Notes: a model not told the origin generated them from the letters alone. A DNA stretch of 36,331 nucleotides from Coraliomargaritaceae bacterium (GCA_965656495.1 CBFHKU010000013.1:1-36331); one strand, 5' to 3'. Positions 21,330 to 31,659 are shown, counted from the first letter of the stretch. A program made the numbers and translations.

Positions 21330-23669
21330 ATGCGCTTTCCGAGAGTTAAAAATTTGATTTCCTGCATAAGCCTGACCATTGCAAATGGTTTTTACAGCTA
21401 CGCTGATTCTGTGGATGCAGTCCTCCAAATTGAGGCTAATACTATTTTGCAACACACCGATCGCCACCGCCTCATCGGAACGAATCTCTCCCTGTGGAGC
21501 CGGAAACACATCATCGAAAATCCCCGCTTTCAGAATGACATCCGCGCGTGGCAACCCGCTTGCATACGGATCCCGGGTGGATCCTGGTCCAACGAATACT
21601 TCTGGAACGGTAATGGCGTTCGGATTGGTGACGGTCATGGTCCGGAAAATTTTGATGCTAAACAACGCCTGCCCCACGGCTCATGGGACATCGATTACCG
21701 GGAGTATAAAAAAGGCTTCCGCGTTCATGGTGAGGAACATGCGCTCTCCGATTACCATGGTGACCTTGACGTCAAATTGCAGCACGAGTGGATTCAGAAT
21801 ATTGGCTCCGAAGCAATGGTAACTGTCAACATGGGATCGGGATCGCCCCGCATGGCGGCAGAATGGGTCAAGTGGGCCAACCAAAAGCAAAATTACGGCG
21901 TCCAATACTGGGAAATCGGTAACGAATTAAATGGCGACTGGGAACTCGGGCACCGCTTGCCGGACGGCACCACCATGACCGGTGAGCTGTATGCCCAACG
22001 TTTCTTACAGTTTGCCGCGGCAATGCGCAGCGAGGATTCTTCGATCAAACTCGGCGGTCCGGCATGTTCTGACCTCGCCCTTGATTTTGTGGAGGAACTC
22101 ATCCGCGACGGCGGCGAAGCGCTGGACTTCGTGACCCTCCACGCCTACCCCGTGGGTGTTAATACAAAAGAAAGCGAGCCGAAGTTCGCCGCTATCAACA
22201 AAATGCGCGAAGCTGCCCGCCTAGTTCACCGCTGGATCGAAAAATACCAACCCCAGCGTAAAGACCAAATCGAAATCGGCATTAGCGAGTGGAACATCAA
22301 GGTCAATGAAGACCACGACACCGTTGACCTCATCAATGGCCTCTGGTCGGCTATTTGGATCGGAGCCATGTTCGAAGAGGGCATCGACTTCGCAAACCAA
22401 TGGGATCTCACTACCTTTGCCGAAGATGGCGGCCACAGTGCCTTCTACATCGATGAAACCAATGGTATCACGATCCCCAAAAGCCAATACTGGGCCCTTT
22501 GGATGTGGGGTAACCTAATGGGCGATGCACTGGTACAATCCACAATCAAAGGTCATTCCGCAGTTTCGAGTTTTGTCACACGCTCTGAAGCAGGTCTCCA
22601 GATCATGTTGGTCAATACTTCCGAATCCAAGGAAGCCAGCGTCCGGATTGAAGCTCCCGGTGTCGCAAAAAGCGGATTGCTGCACACCTTCTCCAGTGCG
22701 GAATATTTCTGGGATCCCCACAACCGTAAACCCCTTTGGAGCCTGGAACCCGCCCAAAAGAAAGTTGATCTCACCCAGCACGCGACCCTGAGCCTCCCAA
22801 AATACAGCATCAATGTGATCACCCTGCCCTGGACCAAGAACCCCCTCACCTTCTCTCGCCCCGAAACTCAAACCGATTCCATTAAACCCACCCTTACTTT
22901 TTCACTGCCCCAGCGAATCCCCACTGACCGTTCAATTGAAGGATGGGTCATTGCGCATGATCCCAACATTAAACGTCCCTACCTACAAGCATCTGATCCC
23001 GTTCAGCTAAGCATTGAAGGTCCCGCCAAACTCAGCAAAACCAGACTCAACCTCGATAACGCCAAGGCAGCATTCACCCTTACTCCTACCGGCCCTGGGA
23101 AAATCCGGCTTCGCGCCGATTCCGGAAATTTAAGCGCTAAAACCAAAGTGGAACTCGTTCCCATCCAGGAACGCGCCCTCGTCTATTGGACCTTTGACAA
23201 CCCTATTAAAGAGTGGAACGCCAAAAGCACCTTCAAGCTCGGATCCGAGTCCTCAATCCGACCGAACCAGTATGTTGCCGCAGCGCGTCTCTCCAGAGCC
23301 TTGCCCGCGCGCGATGCCGACCTCCTCTTTCACTTTGAACCGCTCCCCAAAGAGCAACTGCCCTTCGAGCATGCCAGCGGTGTACTGGGAAAGCTCCGCG
23401 CCGCACATAACCTCCAGTGCGCCGACCCCAAAGCACGTGTTAACCTCATCCTTCAAAGCGACGCCAATCACTGGATCCCGCTTGGCTCAATTCCCCTTAG
23501 CACTATCATGGGAGAGTGGAAAACTTTTGCCTTTACCGTCAAAGAGCCCGCCCTTCTCGATGCTATGGCTAAGCTTTATGCGGTCCGCTTCCAAATTCAG
23601 GCAGATGCCCCCGTCACTGGAGATATTTATCTCGACGACCTCGGCTTCATCTTCCGCACCGGTCTCTAA
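21330..23669 (+). CDS. Clan GH-A glycoside hydrolase (GH51/GH44/GH79-like) with C-terminal Ig-like and CBM-like domains
   Basis: IRIPGGSWSNEYFW, YWEIGNE, DFVTLHAYP, IGISEWN; ends GDIYLDDLGF. Exact family unresolved. Confidence 0.8.
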   Translation: MRFPRVKNLISCISLTIANGFYSYADSVDAVLQIEANTILQHTDRHRLIGTNLSLWSRKHIIENPRFQNDIRAWQPACIRIPGGSWSNEYFWNGNGVRIGDGHGPENFDAKQRLPHGSWDIDYREYKKGFRVHGEEHALSDYHGDLDVKLQHEWIQNIGSEAMVTVNMGSGSPRMAAEWVKWANQKQNYGVQYWEIGNELNGDWELGHRLPDGTTMTGELYAQRFLQFAAAMRSEDSSIKLGGPACSDLALDFVEELIRDGGEALDFVTLHAYPVGVNTKESEPKFAAINKMREAARLVHRWIEKYQPQRKDQIEIGISEWNIKVNEDHDTVDLINGLWSAIWIGAMFEEGIDFANQWDLTTFAEDGGHSAFYIDETNGITIPKSQYWALWMWGNLMGDALVQSTIKGHSAVSSFVTRSEAGLQIMLVNTSESKEASVRIEAPGVAKSGLLHTFSSAEYFWDPHNRKPLWSLEPAQKKVDLTQHATLSLPKYSINVITLPWTKNPLTFSRPETQTDSIKPTLTFSLPQRIPTDRSIEGWVIAHDPNIKRPYLQASDPVQLSIEGPAKLSKTRLNLDNAKAAFTLTPTGPGKIRLRADSGNLSAKTKVELVPIQERALVYWTFDNPIKEWNAKSTFKLGSESSIRPNQYVAAARLSRALPARDADLLFHFEPLPKEQLPFEHASGVLGKLRAAHNLQCADPKARVNLILQSDANHWIPLGSIPLSTIMGEWKTFAFTVKEPALLDAMAKLYAVRFQIQADAPVTGDIYLDDLGFIFRTGL

Positions 23670-25177
23670 TGAAAAAAAATTCCATTCTAAAATCCTGCAC
23701 CACCGCACTCTGCCTCAGCGTAACGCTTTTAGCCGCCAAACCGCCAAACGTGCTCTTTATTGCGGTCGATGATCTCAAGCCTACCCTCAGCGCTTACGGC
23801 CATAAAGTGCCCACCCCGGCTATCGATCGCATCGCGGCACAAGGCACCACCTTCATGAACGCCCATTGCCAGCAGGCGGTCTGCGGACCCTCCCGCGCCA
23901 GCCTCATGACCGGAAAATATCCCGATTTTACAAAAATATGGGATCTTAAAACAAAAATTCGCGATATAAATCCAAATATCCTGACCCTGACACAGCACTT
24001 TAAAAACAACGGCTATCACGCTGTCGGTATGGGGAAAATATTCGACCCGCGCAGCGTGGATAAAGGTTGCGACACTGCTTCCTGGAGTGAGCCCTATACT
24101 CAAACCTGGCACCTTGACTACAATCCCGGCACCGGTAAACCCATTGGCCATTACCACAACCCCAAAAGCAAAAGTATTGCTGCCGGGCTTGAAAATTCAA
24201 ACTGGGGCGCTGTCAATCGGAAGCTCTTCCAGGGCGGAGCCTGGCCCGTGGTCGAGGCTGAGGCGGTTCCGGATGATGCTTATGACGACGGCGCGATCGC
24301 CGCCCACGCGGTCAGGACTCTTTCCAAACTTGCCACAAAAAAAGAACCTTTCTTTCTCGCAGTCGGATTCAAGAAACCACACCTCCCTTTTGTCGCGCCC
24401 AAAAAATACTGGGATCAATTCGATCGCGAGGCGATTGCGTTGGAACCCTACCAAGCCCCGCCCGAAGGAGCACCCGACTACGCACTCCATAACTTTCCCG
24501 AGCTCCGTTCCTATAACGGAGTTCCACAAAAAGGACCCGTTGACGAAGCGACCCAGCGCGAACTCATTCATGGCTACTACGCCTGCGTTGCCTACATCGA
24601 CGCACAAATCGGCAGGATACTCGATCAACTCAAAACATTGGGCCTCGCCCAAAATACGATCATTGTAGTGTGGGGCGATCATGGCTGGCACCTTGGCGAT
24701 CATGGTCTTTGGTGCAAGCATACCAACTACGAACAAGCCACCCGCGTCCCACTCATCATTTCAACACCCGGCAGTCGACCACAAAAGACCAACATGCCCG
24801 CTGAACTAACCGACCTTTTCCCGACCCTCTGTGACCTCGCAGGCATTGAAATTCCCGACCATCTCGATGGCACCAGCCTTGTACCCACCATTCACGACAA
24901 AGCTATCCTTTGCCGGGAATTTGCCGTCAGCCAATTCCCGCGTGGCGATAAAATGGGTTACGCCCTCCGCGATGAACAACACCGCTTTGTGGCGTGGTTT
25001 AAAACCGATGGCGAGGGTGCCAAACCCGGCGACGCCATCATCGCAACCGAACTCTATGACTATGCGACCGACCCCCTCGAACAACGGAACCTGTCAAAAG
25101 ATCCAAATTATAAAGCCACAGTCGCTGAACTTTCCAACAAGCTCTTTCGCTTCATCAATACTTTTAAAAACCTCTAG
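23669..25177 (+). CDS. Sulfatase (iduronate/choline-sulfatase-like S1)
   Basis: PNVLFIAVDDLK, CGPSR, KPHLPF, WCKH. TAATG overlap with the upstream stop. Confidence 0.95.
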   Translation: MKKNSILKSCTTALCLSVTLLAAKPPNVLFIAVDDLKPTLSAYGHKVPTPAIDRIAAQGTTFMNAHCQQAVCGPSRASLMTGKYPDFTKIWDLKTKIRDINPNILTLTQHFKNNGYHAVGMGKIFDPRSVDKGCDTASWSEPYTQTWHLDYNPGTGKPIGHYHNPKSKSIAAGLENSNWGAVNRKLFQGGAWPVVEAEAVPDDAYDDGAIAAHAVRTLSKLATKKEPFFLAVGFKKPHLPFVAPKKYWDQFDREAIALEPYQAPPEGAPDYALHNFPELRSYNGVPQKGPVDEATQRELIHGYYACVAYIDAQIGRILDQLKTLGLAQNTIIVVWGDHGWHLGDHGLWCKHTNYEQATRVPLIISTPGSRPQKTNMPAELTDLFPTLCDLAGIEIPDHLDGTSLVPTIHDKAILCREFAVSQFPRGDKMGYALRDEQHRFVAWFKTDGEGAKPGDAIIATELYDYATDPLEQRNLSKDPNYKATVAELSNKLFRFINTFKNL

Positions 25178-25183
25178 TCCATC

Positions 25184-26800
25184 ATGAAACAACCGCTTAG
25201 AATCCTCGCAGTCAGCCTTGCAGCCATCAGTTTACTCAGCCCGCTCACTCGGGCTGAAAACGCCACATCCGAGCGCCCCAATATCATTTTCTTTATTTCG
25301 GACGACATGCTTCCACAGCATTTCAACTGCCTCCCGCAGGGCAAGGGCAAGAACCTCACCCCCAACCTCGACCGCCTCGCTCGTGAGGGAACCCTCATGA
25401 TGGGGCAGCACGTGGTTTCACCCGTTTGCACCCCCAGTCGTTACAACGTCCTCACCGGGAAATTCGGCAGTCGTGCCCAAAACCCCTGGTTTAAACAAAT
25501 CACTGCAAAAAACGGGCAAAGCATTGTAGAATTCAATACCCACATCTTACCCACCGACCGCACCCTCCCCGCCCTCCTGCAAAGCGCCGGATACACGACC
25601 GGAATGGCCGGCAAAAACCATGTTGTCGAAGTCCATGGCCTCAAGGCTTTCCCTAGCTTTGATGCCAGCGCCAAAGATCCTGCCAACAAGGCACTCCTCA
25701 AAGCCAATCACGACCATACCTGCCAGGCCATGCGCGAGATCGGGTTCGATTTCGCCGACAGCGTATACCACAATAACCCCAACTTTCTTGGCCTTCACGA
25801 AGTCGCCGTTCAAAACATGGACTGGATTACCGATGCCGGAGTGCGATTCCTCAACCAGAAACACACGCAACCCTTCTTCCTCTACTTTGCCACCACCGTC
25901 CCACATGGCCCCACTCAGGCAAAACGCTCCTGGGACGCCGACCCCCGCCTCACCGCAATCGGCTACCTCGATGAAGCCCTCAAAGTTCAACCCGCCCGCG
26001 AAACAATCCCAAAACGCATCCGCGCCGCAGGCCTCCCCGTCAATGACAATACCGCTAACGTCCTTTGGCTCGATGACGCCCTCGGTGCACTTCTCGATAC
26101 CCTCGAAACCAACGGACAAATCGATAACACCATCATCTTTTTCTTCAACGACCACGGTCAACGCGCGAAGGGAACCGTCTATCAGGGCGGCGTCCATAAT
26201 CCCAGTATCGTTTGGCGCAAAGGCGGCTTCCCGGTCGGCGCCACCTCCCGGGCACTCGTTTCAAACGTGGACTTTGCCCCCACCATCCTCGACCTCGCGC
26301 AGGTTGAATACCCTCATCACGCCTTTGACGGCGAAAGCTTCCTTCCCTACCTGAACGGCAAAGAACCCTCTAAAGATCGCCTCCTTTATTTCGAACTCGG
26401 CTACGCCCGCGGCATCCGCATCGGCGACTGGAAATATATGGCCATCCGTTACCCCGAAGCCATTGAAAACATGAGCCTCGAAGAACGCACCACCGTGCTC
26501 AAGGAATGGAACGATAACCGGCGCCGGCGCCACCTCAATATTGTAACAGACGACCCCACCCAACCCTTCAGTCATCTCACCGCCATCCCCGGTGGCGGCG
26601 ATGCCGAAAAACGTTCCACAGGTTCCCTACCCGCCTACTTTGACCGCGATCAACTCTATAACCTCGCCAACGATCCCAACGAGCAGCACAACCTCGCCAA
26701 CGACCCCGAATACGCCGCCCAGCTCAAAGCCATGCAGAGAGCCCTCAAGCAACAACTCGCCACCCTTCCCGGCGGATTCGGCGAACTCAAACCAAACTAG
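25184..26800 (+). CDS. Sulfatase (S1)
   Basis: RPNIIFFISDD, CTPSR, GKNH, NDHG, LYNLANDPNEQ. Signal peptide. Confidence 0.93.
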   Translation: MKQPLRILAVSLAAISLLSPLTRAENATSERPNIIFFISDDMLPQHFNCLPQGKGKNLTPNLDRLAREGTLMMGQHVVSPVCTPSRYNVLTGKFGSRAQNPWFKQITAKNGQSIVEFNTHILPTDRTLPALLQSAGYTTGMAGKNHVVEVHGLKAFPSFDASAKDPANKALLKANHDHTCQAMREIGFDFADSVYHNNPNFLGLHEVAVQNMDWITDAGVRFLNQKHTQPFFLYFATTVPHGPTQAKRSWDADPRLTAIGYLDEALKVQPARETIPKRIRAAGLPVNDNTANVLWLDDALGALLDTLETNGQIDNTIIFFFNDHGQRAKGTVYQGGVHNPSIVWRKGGFPVGATSRALVSNVDFAPTILDLAQVEYPHHAFDGESFLPYLNGKEPSKDRLLYFELGYARGIRIGDWKYMAIRYPEAIENMSLEERTTVLKEWNDNRRRRHLNIVTDDPTQPFSHLTAIPGGGDAEKRSTGSLPAYFDRDQLYNLANDPNEQHNLANDPEYAAQLKAMQRALKQQLATLPGGFGELKPN

Positions 26801-26816
26801 ACCCCACCTTCCAATC

Positions 26817-26845
26817 TTGCAATTTTCCGGCACCTGTGCCAATCT
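26817..26845 (+). promoter_or_regulatory. Possible sigma70-type promoter for tmRNA
   Basis: TTGCAA, 17-bp spacer, CAATCT. The -10 match is weak. Confidence 0.3.
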
Positions 26846-26913
26846 CAGCCTTCGCTCTTTGAAAGAACCGTCGCCTAAACGCACGGTCCTTTCCGGAAAA
26901 TTTTTCCCACAAG

Positions 26914-26997
26914 GTTCAACGTTCAACCTTTAACATCCAACTTTCAACGCCCAACGTTCGATGTTCGATGTTCAACGTTCAAAGTTCAACGTTCCCA
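26914..26997. repeat. Degenerate heptamer tandem repeat, consensus GTTCAAC, about 12 units
   Basis: gttcaac gttcaac ctttaac atccaac tttcaac gcccaac gttcgat gttcgat gttcaac gttcaaa gttcaac gttccca. Confidence 0.9.
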
Positions 26998-27006
26998 AAA
27001 AGGGGG

Positions 27007-27354
<348 letters not shown>

Positions 27355-27414
27355 GTTCGCCTAAGTCGTTCACAGTGAACGCTAGGCCGCAATCTTAAGG
27401 GCTATTCTCCTTGT

Positions 27415-27438
27415 CTGTTACAAAAAACTGTTACAAAA
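27415..27438 (+). promoter_or_regulatory. Tandem CTGTTACAAAA motifs, putative integrase arm-type sites
   Basis: CTGTTACAAAAAA-CTGTTACAAAA; a third copy lies at 35964-35976 near the right att site. Confidence 0.65.
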
Positions 27439-27445
27439 CAAGGAG

Positions 27446-29218
27446 ATGGACCCCATGCCCAAAAGGCCCAACGGACTAGAGAAACCCACAGGCAGACACT
27501 GGCGTTTTAGAAAGACGTATCCTGCCGAACTGCACGAAATAATTGGCAAAAGTGCGTTTATAAAGTCCTTCGGAACGAGCGACTACCAAGAAGCCCTCGA
27601 CCGCTACCCCTTAGCACTGATCGAGGCCAACAACACAATCAAGAAGGCCAAGCGTGATCTGCAACAGCTGCAAAACGCACAAGCCGAGCAATCAGGGAAG
27701 CCCACAATCGAGTCTTTATCCAGTGAGGAGATACAGAGCATCGTTTTATCATGGTTCCATGACATCGAAGCAGAGCTTGCTCCTAGGGTTGAAGAATACA
27801 TCGGCGACGATTCACACGAAGAAAACGTAGCGGATGGTCTGCTTGGTGATATCGAAGCCCTCTACACGGCAAAATTCGATAAGGTCGACTTCACTGATGG
27901 ATGGGTAAGCAAAGAGGCCGACAAACTACTCGAACAGCACTCCATCCTGATCGACAAAGACTCCCCACAATACAAGTTAATCTCAAATCTTGTCTATCGA
28001 GGGCTGACCGAATGCCGCGCCAGACTACTAGGACAGATCAAGCGGACAGAATACTCCCGCGACAGCTACTTTAAGGATATCGAGCATGCTAGCCCTCTTC
28101 CAGATCGCGTCAGAAGCAACTCCCCTAAAGCCACAATAAAGGTTTCCGATCTCCTGACAAAATATCTGGCTGAAAAGCAACTGGGAGAGAAAACCAAAAT
28201 GCAATACCGCCAACACGCGTCTCGGTTTGCCGAGTATGTAGGTGAAAATACACCCATAGATAAAATCACAAGAGACGACCTTGTCGCATACAGGAACCTC
28301 CTACAGTCAATCCCAACGAATGCCTCAAAGCGGTTTCCTGACCTAACATTCCGCGAGATTGCGGAATCACCCAAAGCAAGCGAATATCCAACGCTTCACC
28401 CTAGAACCATCAACAAGACATTCGAAAGCCTCTCCACACTGTTCGGTTTTGCGGAAGACTGGCAGCTCATCCCCAAGAACCCAGCCAAGAAACTCCAGCT
28501 ACCAGTAGACGAGGACGATGAGGACAACAATGTCCGCCCCTATAATGGCAGAGAACTGAAGGTGCTTTTCACCGCTCCACTCTACAAGGGATGCGTTGAT
28601 GATGAGCGCAACTACTCGAAGGAGGGTAAGAGTATTATTCGGAGGCACCGCTTTTGGATACCTCTGATTGCGCTATACACGGGAATGCGCCTCAACGAGA
28701 TTTGCCAACTCTACCTAGAAGACATCAAAAGCGAACGAGAGGTTCACTATATCGACATTCGTGAAAAGCGGGAGGATGGCTCACTCCCTGACGACAAGAG
28801 CCTGAAAAACAAAGCCGCGAAGAGAGTCGTTCCAATTCATTCAGAACTAGTCCGAGCTGGATTCCTTCAATACGTCGAGAAACTTCGAAGACAAAAGGCT
28901 TCCCGCCTTTTCCCTGAATTAGTCTTTGGCAACAATGGCTACTCGGACTCTTTCCAGAAATGGTATCGTCGCTTCCTAACATCACTCGGACTCAAAGACG
29001 GCAATCGCGCCCTCTGCTTCCACAGCTTCCGCCATACCTTCAAGGATCAGCTACAAGACAAAGAAGTCTTCCCTGAATACCGAAACCGAATCTGCGGCTG
29101 GACTGAATCAAACAGCACAGCAAAGGACTACGGCAAAGGGCCATCGATTGAAAAACTAGCAGAGCAGGTGGAGAAAGTAATCTACCCTGACCTCGACCTC
29201 TCGCACCTCTACCTCTGA
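27446..29218 (+). CDS. int: Tyrosine recombinase / site-specific integrase
   Basis: TGMRLNEI (R), SLKNK (K), FHSFRH (HxxR), ICGW (W at the H/W position), AKDYG (Y); N-terminal WRFRKTYP arm-binding-like domain. AGGAG at 27441-27445 favours the ATG at 27455 as start. Confidence 0.96.
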   Translation: MDPMPKRPNGLEKPTGRHWRFRKTYPAELHEIIGKSAFIKSFGTSDYQEALDRYPLALIEANNTIKKAKRDLQQLQNAQAEQSGKPTIESLSSEEIQSIVLSWFHDIEAELAPRVEEYIGDDSHEENVADGLLGDIEALYTAKFDKVDFTDGWVSKEADKLLEQHSILIDKDSPQYKLISNLVYRGLTECRARLLGQIKRTEYSRDSYFKDIEHASPLPDRVRSNSPKATIKVSDLLTKYLAEKQLGEKTKMQYRQHASRFAEYVGENTPIDKITRDDLVAYRNLLQSIPTNASKRFPDLTFREIAESPKASEYPTLHPRTINKTFESLSTLFGFAEDWQLIPKNPAKKLQLPVDEDDEDNNVRPYNGRELKVLFTAPLYKGCVDDERNYSKEGKSIIRRHRFWIPLIALYTGMRLNEICQLYLEDIKSEREVHYIDIREKREDGSLPDDKSLKNKAAKRVVPIHSELVRAGFLQYVEKLRRQKASRLFPELVFGNNGYSDSFQKWYRRFLTSLGLKDGNRALCFHSFRHTFKDQLQDKEVFPEYRNRICGWTESNSTAKDYGKGPSIEKLAEQVEKVIYPDLDLSHLYL

Positions 29219-29235
29219 GACCACCACAGGGTGCT

Positions 29236-29259
29236 GTAGACAACGAATTAGTTGTCTAC
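29236..29259. terminator. Perfect 9-bp inverted repeat after int (terminator or operator)
   Basis: GTAGACAAC-GAATTA-GTTGTCTAC followed by TCTATTTT. Confidence 0.5.
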
Positions 29260-29396
29260 TCTATTTTAAGTTAGCTCGTTGACATCTCTTCAGCTCCTCC
29301 TTAGTGTGTATACACTGGTTGGCCAAATTCAAATGGCATGCTGTGTCTCCATCCAATGGATGCAAAGTTGTGTGAGTTTTGTGAGGCTGTAAAACT

Positions 29397-29993
29397 ATGA
29401 CTAAAAGAACCAAAGTGAGAACACGCTCGAAGCCAAGGCGGGCTGATCTGGCCTCCCTACGCTCCATGTTCGAACCCGCTCGACTCAACTCCGAGACGAT
29501 AAGGGCTATCTGCGAATACAAAAAGCTCGGGACTCCAAATAAGCAGTCCGCAGAGGCGGCAGGGATAAGCGAGAAGACCTTTTATAACTGGGTTAATGCT
29601 GCAAGACACACCCTAGACAGGGTCGACAGCCTCATTGCCAACGGCAAGACTGTGTGTGAGGCACTCGGCAGCCTGAGTGAACGAGAGCAGTTACTGCTTC
29701 AGCTTTTACAGTCACTAAAAAAGGCAGAGGCCGAGGCAACGGTCTACCACGTTAAGAACATCAGGGAAGCAGGCAAGACGAGGTGGCAAGCGTCCGCTTG
29801 GGCATTGGAGAGAACCCACCCCGAAAGCTTTGGACGCCCTGACGCCAACTCCCCCCGCTCATCCTCATTTTCGAGTGAACCTACCAATCGAAGCCAATCT
29901 GGCATTTCACAAATGTCCGACGATGACCTTCTGGCGACAATGAAAGCTGTAGTGGAAGGTTGTGAGCGAGCAAAGGGCTACAAGTTCGAATGA
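29397..29993 (+). CDS. HTH protein resembling phage small terminase subunits
   Basis: HTH SAEAAGISEKTFYNWV, then KKAEAEA…WQASAWALERTHPESFGR, and tail SQMSDDDL. Recognised by resemblance only. Confidence 0.65.
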   Translation: MTKRTKVRTRSKPRRADLASLRSMFEPARLNSETIRAICEYKKLGTPNKQSAEAAGISEKTFYNWVNAARHTLDRVDSLIANGKTVCEALGSLSEREQLLLQLLQSLKKAEAEATVYHVKNIREAGKTRWQASAWALERTHPESFGRPDANSPRSSSFSSEPTNRSQSGISQMSDDDLLATMKAVVEGCERAKGYKFE

Positions 29994-30062
29994 ACGCAAC
30001 TCCACATTGGCAGAATCACATTTAGATTGACGAAATGAGTCTTAAATAAGTTGAATTTGCTA

Positions 30063-30809
30063 ATGAAAACCAAGTTTGCTATTCTCCCCCTACTTCCATT
30101 GCTTCTTCTCATCTCAGCCTGCGGAGGAGGAGATTCAGATGGAGAGGCAACACCCGAGAAAAGTCACACGACATCAACTGAAAACTCATCAGTCGAAGGC
30201 TACTGGATCAATCCAGAAGGTGAAGCACTGGCAGAGTTCGTTAATGGTAAGCTTATCGTCAGCTTTCTAGACGATGATAGCGAGCAGTTCATCACAGATT
30301 ATGAGATGATCGACAGTGGCCGTTATCAAATTAAGGCCAGTGGCTTCATACCATCCTCCATGATGACAGTCGACTACGAGACAGGGCAACTAAACCTCAA
30401 CCTGCTGAAGAGCCTTGCGGGCGACCAAGGCAAAATGCTCTTCGTGAGGCCGCAGCAAGTTGCGTGGAACGATCTCAAGGGCAAATGGTATAGCGTCGAT
30501 TCCTATGACAATTGGGAGTCATCAACCATTGTAACCATTAGAACCGATTCCTTCGATTGGGATAGCCTAGACCTAGACCACGAGAAAAAGACTTTTACAC
30601 GCACCCTTAGCAAGAATGGGCAATTGCTGCTCGAACACGGTTTTATCTTCACGGATACTGACGACAGCTACACGTATTATTTGCTAGCCCTTAAGGACAA
30701 CGCTATTACCTATGTCGACAGTGAGGGACTCGTTTGGTCGGAGACAAGAAAAGAAGCCCCCACGCACATCAAGATTCCTGAAGGGTATACCGAGAAAACT
30801 AGACCATAA
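30063..30809 (+). CDS. Lipoprotein of unknown function, two beta-rich (lipocalin-like) repeats
   Basis: MKTKFAILPLLPLLLLISA-C lipobox, low-complexity linker, two GxW motifs (VEGYW, LKGKW). Confidence 0.8.
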   Translation: MKTKFAILPLLPLLLLISACGGGDSDGEATPEKSHTTSTENSSVEGYWINPEGEALAEFVNGKLIVSFLDDDSEQFITDYEMIDSGRYQIKASGFIPSSMMTVDYETGQLNLNLLKSLAGDQGKMLFVRPQQVAWNDLKGKWYSVDSYDNWESSTIVTIRTDSFDWDSLDLDHEKKTFTRTLSKNGQLLLEHGFIFTDTDDSYTYYLLALKDNAITYVDSEGLVWSETRKEAPTHIKIPEGYTEKTRP

Positions 30810-30875
30810 CAGCTCTGATCTAGAGATCGAGTATGCCATTTTGGTGAATCGCGAAAGCTGGCACCTAGAGGACTT

Positions 30876-31466
30876 CTAGCCCTTTTTGCTACTGGCAATC
30901 TCAACCCCACGATGACGCAGATACTTATACAGCGTCGCCTTTGAAATGCTGAGTTGCTCCGCAATCTGATTCGCGCCTATTTTGCCCTCTAGGTAGAGGG
31001 ACTCACACAGCCTTGCAGTTTGCTCTGCCTTCTCTGAAAGCCCCTTAGGACGCCCGCCTGTGCGCCCTCTAGCACGAGCTGACTGCAAGCCCGCCCGAGT
31101 GCGCTCACGAATCAGGTCACGCTCGAACTCAGCTAGAGAGGCGAATATATTGAAGATTAGCATACCATGGGAAGAGGTTGTATCAACAGGGTCATTCAGA
31201 GACATAAAACTGATACCCTTGTCCTCAAAGTCAGCCACGGTTTCAACCAGATGCTTCAAGCTGCGCCCTAGGCGATCCAACTTGTAGACCACTACAGTAT
31301 CTCCCTCCCTCAAGTGTTCACGCATCATGTCGAACTCAGGGCGACTTGCCTTTGCTCCTGATATTTTATCCTGATAGACTTTCTTACAGCCAGCCTTCTT
31401 CAAGGCATCGAGCTGGAGGTCCAAGTTTTGGTCACTGGTCGAGACGCGAGCATATCCAATCTTCAT
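30876..31466 (-). CDS. Serine recombinase (resolvase/invertase family)
   Basis: MKIGYARVSTSDQ, VYKLDRLGRS, AEFERDLIRERTRAGL, GRTGGRP, C-terminal HTH ISKATLYKY. Start taken at ATG 31466. Confidence 0.96.
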   Translation of the reverse strand: MKIGYARVSTSDQNLDLQLDALKKAGCKKVYQDKISGAKASRPEFDMMREHLREGDTVVVYKLDRLGRSLKHLVETVADFEDKGISFMSLNDPVDTTSSHGMLIFNIFASLAEFERDLIRERTRAGLQSARARGRTGGRPKGLSEKAEQTARLCESLYLEGKIGANQIAEQLSISKATLYKYLRHRGVEIASSKKG

Positions 31467-31469
31467 GAG

Positions 31470-31601
31470 TTCAATAAAACCCATAAATTTAGGTTTTGCA
31501 AACCATAATTAAGTAAACCAGTTTAATATACCAAAATGAGTGAATATGCGGGCGTATTTGCAACAGTTGCAAAGTTCACTAATACGAACGTTTTCTTAAA
31601 C
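31470..31601. promoter_or_regulatory. Putative res site / resolvase promoter region
   Basis: AT-rich, with several imperfect inverted repeats: AAAACC…GGTTTT, TTTGCAAC-A-GTTGCAAA, AGTTCA…ACGAACGT…TAAACT. Confidence 0.5.
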
Positions 31602-31659
31602 TCCCGAGCCAAATGGGATCTTATAAATCTTACCATCGTGACGGCAGAGTTGCACAAGC

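Noticed and set aside
3334..26575. Many 60-250 aa overlapping or antisense ORFs in the track (e.g. 9330-10076, 25547-26197, 25620-26354)
   Set aside because: They are nested in well-supported genes, carry no motifs, and are expected from GC-rich codon bias.
26660..26703. Direct repeat AACCTCGCCAACGA
   Set aside because: It encodes the usual sulfatase C-terminal motif (NLANDP twice) and is not a DNA element.
26914..26997. CRISPR array
   Set aside because: The units are 7 nt with no unique spacers, and no cas genes are present.
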